DNA of 51,643 nucleotides, from contig JAPOGE010000002.1 in assembly GCA_028283345.1 (NCBI GenBank), forward strand, positions 1 through 51,643. The letters are read 5' to 3'. Below are positions 40,928-48,625 of this stretch, piece by piece (position 1 is the stretch's first letter; each line of letters begins with the position of its first letter). The stretch is from Candidatus Poseidoniales archaeon (GTDB lineage: Archaea > Thermoplasmatota > Poseidoniia > Poseidoniales > Poseidoniaceae). The position numbers were made by a program, and so were the translations under genes. Below the pieces are notes generated by a model that did no database searches, had not been told where the DNA came from, and worked only from the letters and a program-made list of their open reading frames with translations.

Positions 40928-42317
40928 TTCTCTGAATACAATTGCCACCACGGCAAAGATATGCAAATGCTGTGGCCTTGAATGGGAGCAAGGTTTTGAC
41001 GGATATTGCTTCGTCTGTTATTGCTGGCAAAGGCCGCAGATGGTTGCCAATTCACAACCGGAATTCGGTTGGCATCGTAACATTTACCGTTGCTTCGCAG
41101 AAGAGTTGGTAGAAGCCGAAGAATTGGTCGCACAACTAGGCGATGGTATCGATCATTGCACCCTGACCTCGCTGATACTGCATTCCATCAACAGTGGAGA
41201 TACTGCTGCTGATACAGCCAGTGGAATTACAGGCCCAGAGGTTGCACCCCCGGGGTCAGGCTCAGAGTTGTCTGACTCGGAGTACGTTTACTCAAGGTTT
41301 GAAGAGGCCGTTGTCGAACCGATTCTCCACAGTTATTTTCGTGCCGGACAAAGTATCTCCGGGGATGTTTTCTCCCCACCGGTCTCAGCCAGCCCGCCGA
41401 GATTGGTGACGGTGCCGAAAGGAAGTGTCGAATTACGTAATTTCGAACTTGAGGGTCATGATGTGATCATCGCTCCAGACCGCTGGAGCATCGATGGCGA
41501 ATGGGTGCGAGGCGGAAATCCGATTTTGATGATACAAGCCGCAATCAGTTCGTTTTCATATGAAGCTGAAATGGCACCGATGACCCGGGTGATAAAACTG
41601 CACGACCGCTTGGTCGGTACTGCTGAGCAAGGTGAAATTGAACACAAGGCAAGGATATTGAATGAGGAATTAAGCCTAAGGGATAGTTTACTCCTCTCGC
41701 CACGATTGAGCGCTGTTGAAGGCGGATATCAATGGGGTGAATTTCATCTCGACCTCAGTTTTCTCGCCCTTGAGAAATTTGCTGAATCGTGGTATGGATT
41801 GGCCGGCAAATCGGGTCCTCCAGACCCCGTTGGCCGTTCTCTGCAAAATGTCCAATCGAATAAGTCAGTTACCACGGACCGGGCCATCGAGGAGAAAGCG
41901 ATAGAACTCAGGGCGGCTTGCATGGCGGCTACAGGTCTTGGTCGGCGCGCTTGTAAACTCAGTACTCCAGCGAGGCGCAGTTTCCGTTTTCTCCGTGAAA
42001 TCGTCGATGCCAGTGATCAAATCACCGCTCATCCAAACCATCTCCTCATCAAGGGTAATAGCGGACAAACTTGGAAAATCGTCGCCGATCAGATTGGGTT
42101 TGGCAGCCAGATCTGGAAGGTACTTCACATCTCGGACGAGGGTAATAGCGATAGTGTCTGTATCCATACTGGGAGAAAACAATGCCTACCCTTAGGTGAC
42201 CAACTGGCGGCGGTGGCATTGGCGCTGGTCGATGATGGCGAGACCGCAAAGCGAATCCAGACCGTTGCCAAGGCGATGAATAACAAATCTCGTGGTGGGG
42301 CGGAAATATTTCGATAG
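40887..42317 (+). CDS. Hypothetical protein with N-terminal Cys cluster, overlapping the AAA ATPase 3' end
   Basis: It opens with ...KICKCCGLEWEQGFDGYCFVCYCW. The remaining roughly 420 aa have no motif I recognise. No start codon lies between the ATPase stop (40927) and the Cys cluster, so the start must be ATG 40887 or GTG 40851 (41- or 77-nt overlap). Confidence 0.5.
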   Translation: MINSFRTRRHYTGDSLNTIATTAKICKCCGLEWEQGFDGYCFVCYCWQRPQMVANSQPEFGWHRNIYRCFAEELVEAEELVAQLGDGIDHCTLTSLILHSINSGDTAADTASGITGPEVAPPGSGSELSDSEYVYSRFEEAVVEPILHSYFRAGQSISGDVFSPPVSASPPRLVTVPKGSVELRNFELEGHDVIIAPDRWSIDGEWVRGGNPILMIQAAISSFSYEAEMAPMTRVIKLHDRLVGTAEQGEIEHKARILNEELSLRDSLLLSPRLSAVEGGYQWGEFHLDLSFLALEKFAESWYGLAGKSGPPDPVGRSLQNVQSNKSVTTDRAIEEKAIELRAACMAATGLGRRACKLSTPARRSFRFLREIVDASDQITAHPNHLLIKGNSGQTWKIVADQIGFGSQIWKVLHISDEGNSDSVCIHTGRKQCLPLGDQLAAVALALVDDGETAKRIQTVAKAMNNKSRGGAEIFR

Positions 42318-42387
42318 AAGGAAAAACGATTTTCTTCTCGACCAGGGCAGTGATTTCCATCATCAATTTTCCCTTTACCCTACCCGG

Positions 42388-43272
42388 TCAGCGCTGACAA
42401 CGCGGGCAGTAGAATGTCGAGCGCCCGCCCTGCACTATCCTGGTGATCTTGCCTGTGCAGGAGTCCCGCTTGCATTCCTGCCCGGCACGGTCGTAGACTT
42501 GGAAGAAGTGAGTGAAATATCCCAATTCACCATCGACCGCTTGAAAGTCGTTCAAGGTTGAACCACCTGATTCAATCGCTTCGGCGAGTATTTCCTTGAC
42601 CGCGGTCACCAATAGTTCCACTCGCTTGGTCGGACGGCGCTTTCCGGCCAAAGTTGAGGAGATGCACAGCGGTGAGATTCTGGCTCGGAATAGCGCCTCA
42701 CAGGCGTAGATGTTACCGATGCCGACCACCACCTTTTGGTCTAGCAAGGCGGTTTTTATCTTCACTCTCTTCCCTCTGAGGGTCGCGGCTAGAACTGCCG
42801 CAGTCCATTCTTCCGCCAACGGCTCGGGGCCGAGATGACGCAAAAGGCGATGCTCTTGTTCAGCACTGGTATCGAGTAAATCCATCATTCCGAATCGGCG
42901 TGGGTCGGTATATACCACCCTCGAGCCATCGTCGAGATGGACGACCACATGATCGTGCCGACCTTTCCCGACCGGCAAGCCGAGAGAGTATGCGTGCAGA
43001 GAGGCGCGCTCTTCCCCGGCACTCAGGAGACTGAAATGTCCCGACATCCCGAGATGTGTCAACCACGTCAACCCCCCGGAAAGACGAATCAGCAGATATT
43101 TTGCTCGCCTCTCGATTGAAGTGATCTTGCGCCCTTCCAAGCGCGGCCCCATCCCCTCGGGAAAGGGAAATCTGAGTCCATCTCGACGTAGTTCAACCTT
43201 GACCAGGGTACGACCATCGAAGTGTTCCATCAAGCCTCGCCGAACGGTTTCGACCTCAGGCAGTTCGGGCAT
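42388..43272 (-). CDS. mutM: Formamidopyrimidine-DNA glycosylase (Fpg/Nei family)
   Basis: It has the MPELPEVETVRRGL N-terminus with the catalytic Pro2 and Glu3 context. The H2TH region is IGNIYACEALFRARISP. The C-terminal zinc finger is CKRDSCTGKI...YCPRCQR. I prefer ATG 43272. Confidence 0.85.
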   Translation of the reverse strand: MPELPEVETVRRGLMEHFDGRTLVKVELRRDGLRFPFPEGMGPRLEGRKITSIERRAKYLLIRLSGGLTWLTHLGMSGHFSLLSAGEERASLHAYSLGLPVGKGRHDHVVVHLDDGSRVVYTDPRRFGMMDLLDTSAEQEHRLLRHLGPEPLAEEWTAAVLAATLRGKRVKIKTALLDQKVVVGIGNIYACEALFRARISPLCISSTLAGKRRPTKRVELLVTAVKEILAEAIESGGSTLNDFQAVDGELGYFTHFFQVYDRAGQECKRDSCTGKITRIVQGGRSTFYCPRCQR

Positions 43273-43280
43273 ACCTTCAC

Positions 43281-43889
43281 CTAACCAGCGATGACCGTGC
43301 GCAGGTCTTGCAATAACAGGTCGACCGGCCAATCGACTTCACTCCATACCACCCGGAGGTAGCCGCGGGAATCGATGATGTATGTTGGTTGAGGGTGCGA
43401 GAAACCGTAGCCCTCGCTCGAGTTATCCTCGTAGTGGATCGGGTCGACATCATAAGCATCCAATACCGGGTTCACCGCACTGTCTATTCCGGTCAGATGC
43501 ACCCAATCATAGCCCCGGTCGGAGGTCCAATTCTGCAATACTGAGGGTGAATCATGATATGGGTCGATGGTTATGGAAACCCAGACCACACTGAGGTTTT
43601 CCTCGCTGGTCAATTTTGTCTTTGCATGGTTTATCGCGGCTGAGATGACCGGACAGGTTTCGTAACATCGGGTGTAAATAAAGGCCATAACAACGGTTTT
43701 TCCGCGCTGTTCCTCAAGCGACCATAAGTCGCCGTCCATCGATTCAAGAGTGAATAACGGAGCGTACATGCCGTTATCGAATTCCTGGCCGTTGAATGGA
43801 CTGGTAGGTGGTGGCTCCTGAACACAACCAGCGAGTACCAAGAGCCCTACCAATGGAATCACCAAGAGCACTCTGGGCATGGCGTGCAC
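43281..43889 (-). CDS. SCO1/SenC-family copper chaperone, lipoprotein-type signal
   Basis: The signal/lipobox is LLVLAGC. The thioredoxin-fold CxxxC is FIYTRCYETCPV, and the conserved His context is GFSHPQPTYIIDSRG. Confidence 0.8.
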   Translation of the reverse strand: MHAMPRVLLVIPLVGLLVLAGCVQEPPPTSPFNGQEFDNGMYAPLFTLESMDGDLWSLEEQRGKTVVMAFIYTRCYETCPVISAAINHAKTKLTSEENLSVVWVSITIDPYHDSPSVLQNWTSDRGYDWVHLTGIDSAVNPVLDAYDVDPIHYEDNSSEGYGFSHPQPTYIIDSRGYLRVVWSEVDWPVDLLLQDLRTVIAG

Positions 43890-43920
43890 ACGCGGCCTCC
43901 CCCTTTCACTATGGCGGAAA

Positions 43921-44634
43921 TCAGATTATCCTTCGGGCGACGAACAGGGTGTGCTGTTGTTCTAATCCAGCCAATGAAATCGCCTCGACCAGTTGGTATC
44001 CTGCAGCCACTATTCTCTGCCCGACCTCGGCGAAGACTTCGTCCTCATCTTTATCGGAAAAACGCTCACTGGCGGCTTTCAAGGACAGTAATGCCAAACC
44101 CTCGGGAGCGAGAAAACGAGCACAGGCTGAGAGGAAAATATCGACTTGCCCGGCTTGGGCCACATCTTGGAACAGCCACCCGACCCGCCTCTGTATCAAA
44201 GCCCCCCAAGTTGTGAATTTTCGCGCATCACCTAAGATTGGTACCAGGCCTTTGCGAGACCGCGCGAGGTGAGTCAGGTCCCGCAGGCAACGCGGGGCGA
44301 TGTCAATCGCCACCAATCTGCCGCCCCTCTCATTATCCTTACCGCACAGATGGTCGTGGAGATGGGAGACCGTCGTGCCATGACCGGCGCCGAGATAGAG
44401 AATCTGAGTCCCGGCCTCGGGCAATAATATGCTGGGGTCGTTATTTGTCAGCAGCATTCCGGCCGCCAATTTAGAGCGGTGAGCATCCCATCTGCGATAC
44501 TCACTCCCGGAGAACTTGCGCCGCGTCTCACCATAGACTGAGGTGCCGGCGACCGCATTACGGGTCCACAATCCGCGGTTCTCGAACTTCACCGCCCAGG
44601 ATAGAGATTTCCCACCGCCGCGCCGACCGGACAT
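43921..44634 (-). CDS. flpA: Fibrillarin (box C/D rRNA/tRNA 2'-O-methyltransferase)
   Basis: VYGETRRKFSGSEYRRWDAHRSKLAA, ILYLGAGHGTTVSHL, ILGDAR and FQDVAQ are collinear with archaeal fibrillarin. I prefer ATG 44634 (MSGRRGGGK), 19 nt after the nop5 stop. Confidence 0.9.
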   Translation of the reverse strand: MSGRRGGGKSLSWAVKFENRGLWTRNAVAGTSVYGETRRKFSGSEYRRWDAHRSKLAAGMLLTNNDPSILLPEAGTQILYLGAGHGTTVSHLHDHLCGKDNERGGRLVAIDIAPRCLRDLTHLARSRKGLVPILGDARKFTTWGALIQRRVGWLFQDVAQAGQVDIFLSACARFLAPEGLALLSLKAASERFSDKDEDEVFAEVGQRIVAAGYQLVEAISLAGLEQQHTLFVARRII

Positions 44635-44653
44635 ACTTCCACCGTAATTGCTC

Positions 44654-45682
44654 TCAACCGCGCTTCGCCCGCGGGTATTTGTCGCGGATCTCCTGCACTT
44701 TGGCTTCGACTTCACCAATCTGTTCTGCACCCCATACCTCACCGCCGAAAGCATCACTGCGGGCGGCGATTATCGCCTTACTGGCAAGGGTCCGGGAGAT
44801 GTTTCCCCTCTGCCAGCGAGGTGCGCGAGAAATCCATGGATGCATGAAAATATGGCCATGCTTAGGCGGTGGAGAACCGGTTTTCAGATGATTGAAGAAT
44901 GCTTTCTCAGCCCCGAGAACCTGTAGGGTCCCCGCCGGCAGACGTGCCAGACGCATTCGCCCATGGGCACAGACACTGAGCCGGGCCGCCAACAGGGGCC
45001 CCAATAAGGCAGAGAGGGAGGGGAGATGCTGTTGCGCTAATTCCTTGCTGGCATTCTCCAATCGCTCCAGTTCTCGTCCGATGGTACGAACCCGCTCCCC
45101 CGACTGTTTGAGAACCTGCCATTCGCTTTCATCAGGTCCTACCTCAGGTAGTTCACAACCCAATGATTCTGCCAATTCGGCGAGGCTCGCTGAATCGGCA
45201 ACCTTTCCGGCTAGGGCCGAGCGGTCGCGTTCAAATCGTGCTTGGGGGATGAAGAGTGCAACCCATTCGACCAACCGGCTCTCGTAAATCAGCCAGGAGG
45301 CGCGTAATTCATCGGTTGCCCCCATCAGGTGTTCCAATCGGCGGTCGGGGTCACCGGCTGAGCGCGCCACCCCCATCTCGGCCAATTTCAACGCCGCCTC
45401 GTCCGCAACCTCCTGTTCTTCGACCGAAGGGAGAGGGTATTCTGCTTCGGGAAGTTCAACCGCTCCTGCCGGGTGGACGCTGGCCTCGGGAAAACGCTCA
45501 GCCAGCCTACGTGCCTCTGGTGTCAGAGCTGAGGCTGCCAGTAACTCCAGACGAGACATCGCCTCCTCTATCGACATTCGCCCCTGCCAGATTTCCAAAT
45601 CCATTATCTGACCTTGTTCATCAACCACCGCGGCAGCACGCCAGTCAAACCACACCCAGACCATGGCTGTGCGAAAGGTCAT
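44654..45682 (-). CDS. nop5: Nop5 (Nop56/58) box C/D RNP scaffold protein
   Basis: The Nop domain reads LQVLGAEKAFFNHLKTGSPPPKHGHIFMHPWI...RGNISRTLASKAIIAARSDAF. The start is ATG 45682, ATG 45664 or TTG 45721. Confidence 0.8.
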   Translation of the reverse strand: MTFRTAMVWVWFDWRAAAVVDEQGQIMDLEIWQGRMSIEEAMSRLELLAASALTPEARRLAERFPEASVHPAGAVELPEAEYPLPSVEEQEVADEAALKLAEMGVARSAGDPDRRLEHLMGATDELRASWLIYESRLVEWVALFIPQARFERDRSALAGKVADSASLAELAESLGCELPEVGPDESEWQVLKQSGERVRTIGRELERLENASKELAQQHLPSLSALLGPLLAARLSVCAHGRMRLARLPAGTLQVLGAEKAFFNHLKTGSPPPKHGHIFMHPWISRAPRWQRGNISRTLASKAIIAARSDAFGGEVWGAEQIGEVEAKVQEIRDKYPRAKRG

Positions 45683-45750
45683 TGGCACAAAAGGTGAACC
45701 CCACTTCTTTGCGTTCCTCAACGGGTATGAGATACTCTCCCATCGAGGTT

Positions 45751-45758
45751 ATTATAAG
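45751..45758. promoter_or_regulatory. TATA box shared by divergent tfs and nop5 promoters
   Basis: ATTATAAG lies 22-29 nt upstream of the tfs ATG (45780), implying a leaderless or near-leaderless mRNA. The element is near-palindromic and faces nop5 on the other strand. Confidence 0.4.
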
Positions 45759-45779
45759 CCACACTTGCCCCCTTTACTC

Positions 45780-46133
45780 ATGTTCTGCCCAAAATGTGGC
45801 TCGCTTGCATTCCCAGACCCGAGGGGGAAGATCAAATGTCCAAATTACAAGTGTGGATATGCCGGTTCTGCCGAGAATAAGATTACCGGCACCGACGGGC
45901 AGGAAATCGACCTTTCAAAGGCGACCTCGTCGAGTCGCGTTGAAGAGCGCAAGTACGAGGTCATCAGTGATTCCGACACTATCCGCGGCGTCTTGACCAC
46001 CGACACCTACATCTGCCCGAAGTGTGACGGACGAGAGGCCTATGCCGAACTTCGCCAAACCCGCGCCAGCGATGAGCCCGAGACCCGCATTCTCACCTGC
46101 AAGGATTGTTCGCACGGATGGCGCGAGTATTGA
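45780..46133 (+). CDS. tfs: Transcription factor S (TFIIS/RpoM-like cleavage factor)
   Basis: I prefer ATG 45780 (MFCPKCGSLAF...CPNYKCGY, the N-terminal Zn ribbon). The C-terminal ribbon is CPKCDGREAY...QTRASDEPETRILTCKDCSHGW, with the acidic DE hairpin. Confidence 0.85.
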   Translation: MFCPKCGSLAFPDPRGKIKCPNYKCGYAGSAENKITGTDGQEIDLSKATSSSRVEERKYEVISDSDTIRGVLTTDTYICPKCDGREAYAELRQTRASDEPETRILTCKDCSHGWREY

Positions 46134-46318
46134 TTGACCTAAGTCTTCAAAGCAGGTCGCAGCGATGAGGGGGAGTGTTGGTGACTCATGTCAGTGGTGG
46201 AGGATTTCACTTCGCCGGGTGTTTGAGTGACCATAGAGGTGAGAGGTTTGAGCGATTCGATATTTTTTTGTGGTTTGACGAAAGATACGTCTACGATATC
46301 CATCGCAACGCCGCACCT

Positions 46319-46330
46319 AATAGTATAATA
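46319..46330 (+). promoter_or_regulatory. TATA-box-like element upstream of pcn
   Basis: AATAGTATAATA lies about 35-45 nt upstream of ATG 46365. A purine-rich AGAGGGG lies just before the start. Confidence 0.35.
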
Positions 46331-46364
46331 GCCGCCAAATCGGACCGATAAAGAGGGGAAACCT

Positions 46365-47105
46365 ATGCTAAATATCACCGCGCGTTCCGAGTTACTGCGA
46401 ACCATAGTCGAGACCTTGAATGTCGTCGTCGAAGATGCCCGTATGGACTTCGGAGAAGGCGGACTGGAGGTCCGGGTAGTCGACCCTTCACACGTTGCGA
46501 TGGTACAGATGAGGGTAGATGCCGCAGCCTTCGATACCTGGGAAGTCGAAGACACCTCCCTCGGCATAGAATTGCTGAAAATGAAGGAATTACTCAGCCT
46601 CGCGAGTCCGACAGACCTGGTGGAATTGCAATATGACGATGCGGTCGGCCAAGTCAATATCAGCGTCGGTAAAATCGACCGGGTAATCCGGCCCCTCGAC
46701 ACCGCTAACCTCACTCCACCCAATGTCCCCGGGCTGGATTTACCCAGTAACGTGACCATCGCTGGAGCAGACCTCGCTCAGGCGCTCCGTGCCGCGCGTC
46801 AAGTAGGCGATTTGGTTAACCTCAGTCTCGAGCCCGATTCCTTCTCGGTTCATGTATCGGGTGACCAGGACAGCGTCAATGTCTCCTATGGCAAGGACGA
46901 GGTTCTCGCACTTGAATGTGATTCGCCGGTACGCAGTCAATTCAGCCTCACCTACCTCTTACCGATGGCCAAGATGATGGCCTCTACCGAATCGGTCTGC
47001 CTACGCTTTGGTGAGAATCTGCCACTGAAGATAGAATTCAGTTTCGATAATGATGCTGGCTCGGTGGTCTACTTCCTCGCACCACGGGTCGAAGGCGACC
47101 TGTGA
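46365..47105 (+). CDS. pcn: DNA polymerase sliding clamp (PCNA)
   Basis: 246 aa. LLRTIVETLNVVVEDARMDFGEGGLEVRVVDPSHVAMVQMRVDAAAF is the typical PCNA N-terminal domain. LSLEPDSFSVHVSGD...SQFSLTYLLPMAK...VCLRFGENLPLKIEF is the C-terminal domain. Confidence 0.9.
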   Translation: MLNITARSELLRTIVETLNVVVEDARMDFGEGGLEVRVVDPSHVAMVQMRVDAAAFDTWEVEDTSLGIELLKMKELLSLASPTDLVELQYDDAVGQVNISVGKIDRVIRPLDTANLTPPNVPGLDLPSNVTIAGADLAQALRAARQVGDLVNLSLEPDSFSVHVSGDQDSVNVSYGKDEVLALECDSPVRSQFSLTYLLPMAKMMASTESVCLRFGENLPLKIEFSFDNDAGSVVYFLAPRVEGDL

Positions 47106-47143
47106 AAGGAAGACGTTCATATGTGTCCCTTCGTCGCCCCACC

Positions 47144-48247
47144 ATGGCTGCGCCACGGGTCTGCGTCTTGATTCCAACCCTGCGAAATTCGCTTCAACTC
47201 GAGGTTGTGTTGAAGTCCTTGGCCAGCCAAGATCACCACTCTGACTTTGATGTCGCTGTGGTCGGGCCGACCGGCGATGCCGGTCAGGAAGTCGCCGAGA
47301 AATATGGCCGCAGGTGGATTGACGATGCCAGTAGTCGTAACCGTGCCGATGCCTGCAATGTCGGTATCAAGGCCATCGATTGCGACATTCTGCTGTTCAC
47401 CGATGACGATGTGATTCCGCCAATTGATTGGGTCGGAAAGTTGGTGCGATGGTTTGAGCGCCCAGAAGTCGCAGCGGTCGGTGGACCAAACTTCGCTCCA
47501 GATGAGGACCCGAGATGGGCCAAGGCCGCCGATGTCGCCTTCACCGCCAAATGGATGACGGCGGGCACCAGATACGGCAAGGTACCACCTGGTGAATTAG
47601 TGGAAATCGAGCACAACCCCGGCTGTAATTCTGCCTATCGCAAGAGTGTTCTCGACCAGGTCGGCGGCTACGAGCCGGGTTGCATCGGTGCCGAGGACGT
47701 GGTCCTCGATGAGAAGATCCGCGCTGAAGGACATCGCATTTGGTTCGACCCGACGGCGGTGATGCCGCACCGCCGTCGCCTCCCGGTCAAGCCGTATATG
47801 CAACAACTGCGCAACTATGGTTATGTTCGCACGCTAGCGAATGCGCGCTGGCCAAACCTTGCGGTATGGTCGCATTCCGCCATCGGTTTCTTTCCCGTCT
47901 TAGCCATGCTCGGCATCATCACCCTCTTTGCCGGGGGTCTCAGCGGCGGGGCGACCGAAGAACCTTGGTTCACCTTTGAAGGGGAATGGAGTTGGGCGAG
48001 AATCGCATTTCATGGCAGCCTAGGATTGATGTGTGCATACGTGGTCCTGTGCTGGTCAGGAGCCGCGCTCGGTAATTCTCCACACCGTAATCCATTCACG
48101 GTACTGGTCTCTCCAATCCTCATCTTCCTCGCCCATTGGTCATACGGCGGTGGAGTCGTACGCGGTTGGAAACAAATCCGCTTCGGCGGTGGAGCAGAAG
48201 CTGGACTCGGTGTGCAACTCGACGACAAAGACCGCAGCGGACAATAA
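47144..48247 (+). CDS. Family 2 glycosyltransferase with C-terminal membrane segments
   Basis: VCVLIPTLRNSLQLEVVLKSLASQ, ILLFTDDDVIPP (DxD) and NSAYRKSVL, followed by about four TM segments. An alternative start is GTG 47102, overlapping the pcn stop (GTGA). Confidence 0.7.
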   Translation: MAAPRVCVLIPTLRNSLQLEVVLKSLASQDHHSDFDVAVVGPTGDAGQEVAEKYGRRWIDDASSRNRADACNVGIKAIDCDILLFTDDDVIPPIDWVGKLVRWFERPEVAAVGGPNFAPDEDPRWAKAADVAFTAKWMTAGTRYGKVPPGELVEIEHNPGCNSAYRKSVLDQVGGYEPGCIGAEDVVLDEKIRAEGHRIWFDPTAVMPHRRRLPVKPYMQQLRNYGYVRTLANARWPNLAVWSHSAIGFFPVLAMLGIITLFAGGLSGGATEEPWFTFEGEWSWARIAFHGSLGLMCAYVVLCWSGAALGNSPHRNPFTVLVSPILIFLAHWSYGGGVVRGWKQIRFGGGAEAGLGVQLDDKDRSGQ

Positions 48248-48271
48248 TCAGCACAACCTCAATGGTTCGGG

Positions 48272-48625
48272 TTGTGCTGGCCACCATCAGGTGGCAGGCG
48301 CGTGGTGCGAGAGCAGATACTGGCAAGAATTGATGCCATGCAGGTTCCCGACGAGCGCAGTGATGTCGAACATATCTGGGAAATCGTTCGCAGTTGGTTG
48401 GTTATTTCACGCGTCGTGGCCTTGATTCTGATGGTCTTGCTGTCAGAATTCACCGAAGAATACTTCCTGATGGGTATCTCCGTATCGGCTTGGTGTATCG
48501 CCATCGGGATACCGGTGATTATCGCGATATCGGTTTTCATCATTATCGGTGACCGAAGCCAGAAATCTTCCGAGCAGGTCGAGCCGGGAAATGTATTGAA
48601 GCGCCCGATAATGGAACGGCGCTAA
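48272..48625 (+). CDS. Hypothetical small membrane protein
   Basis: 117 aa with two TM segments (VVALILMVLL, AWCIAIGIPVIIAISVFIII). The stop overlaps the convergent ABC gene stop (CTAA). Weak support. Confidence 0.35.
   Translation: MCWPPSGGRRVVREQILARIDAMQVPDERSDVEHIWEIVRSWLVISRVVALILMVLLSEFTEEYFLMGISVSAWCIAIGIPVIIAISVFIIIGDRSQKSSEQVEPGNVLKRPIMERR

Noticed and set aside
45256-45996. 246-aa plus-strand ORF, Pro/Arg/Ser-rich.
   Set aside because: It is antisense to nop5 and out of frame across the tfs start. It has a typical high-GC antisense composition.
46139-46759. 206-aa minus-strand ORF overlapping the pcn 5' half.
   Set aside because: The PCNA frame has strong family-level similarity. 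The antisense ORF is Ser/Thr/Arg-rich with no motif and would run through the pcn promoter.
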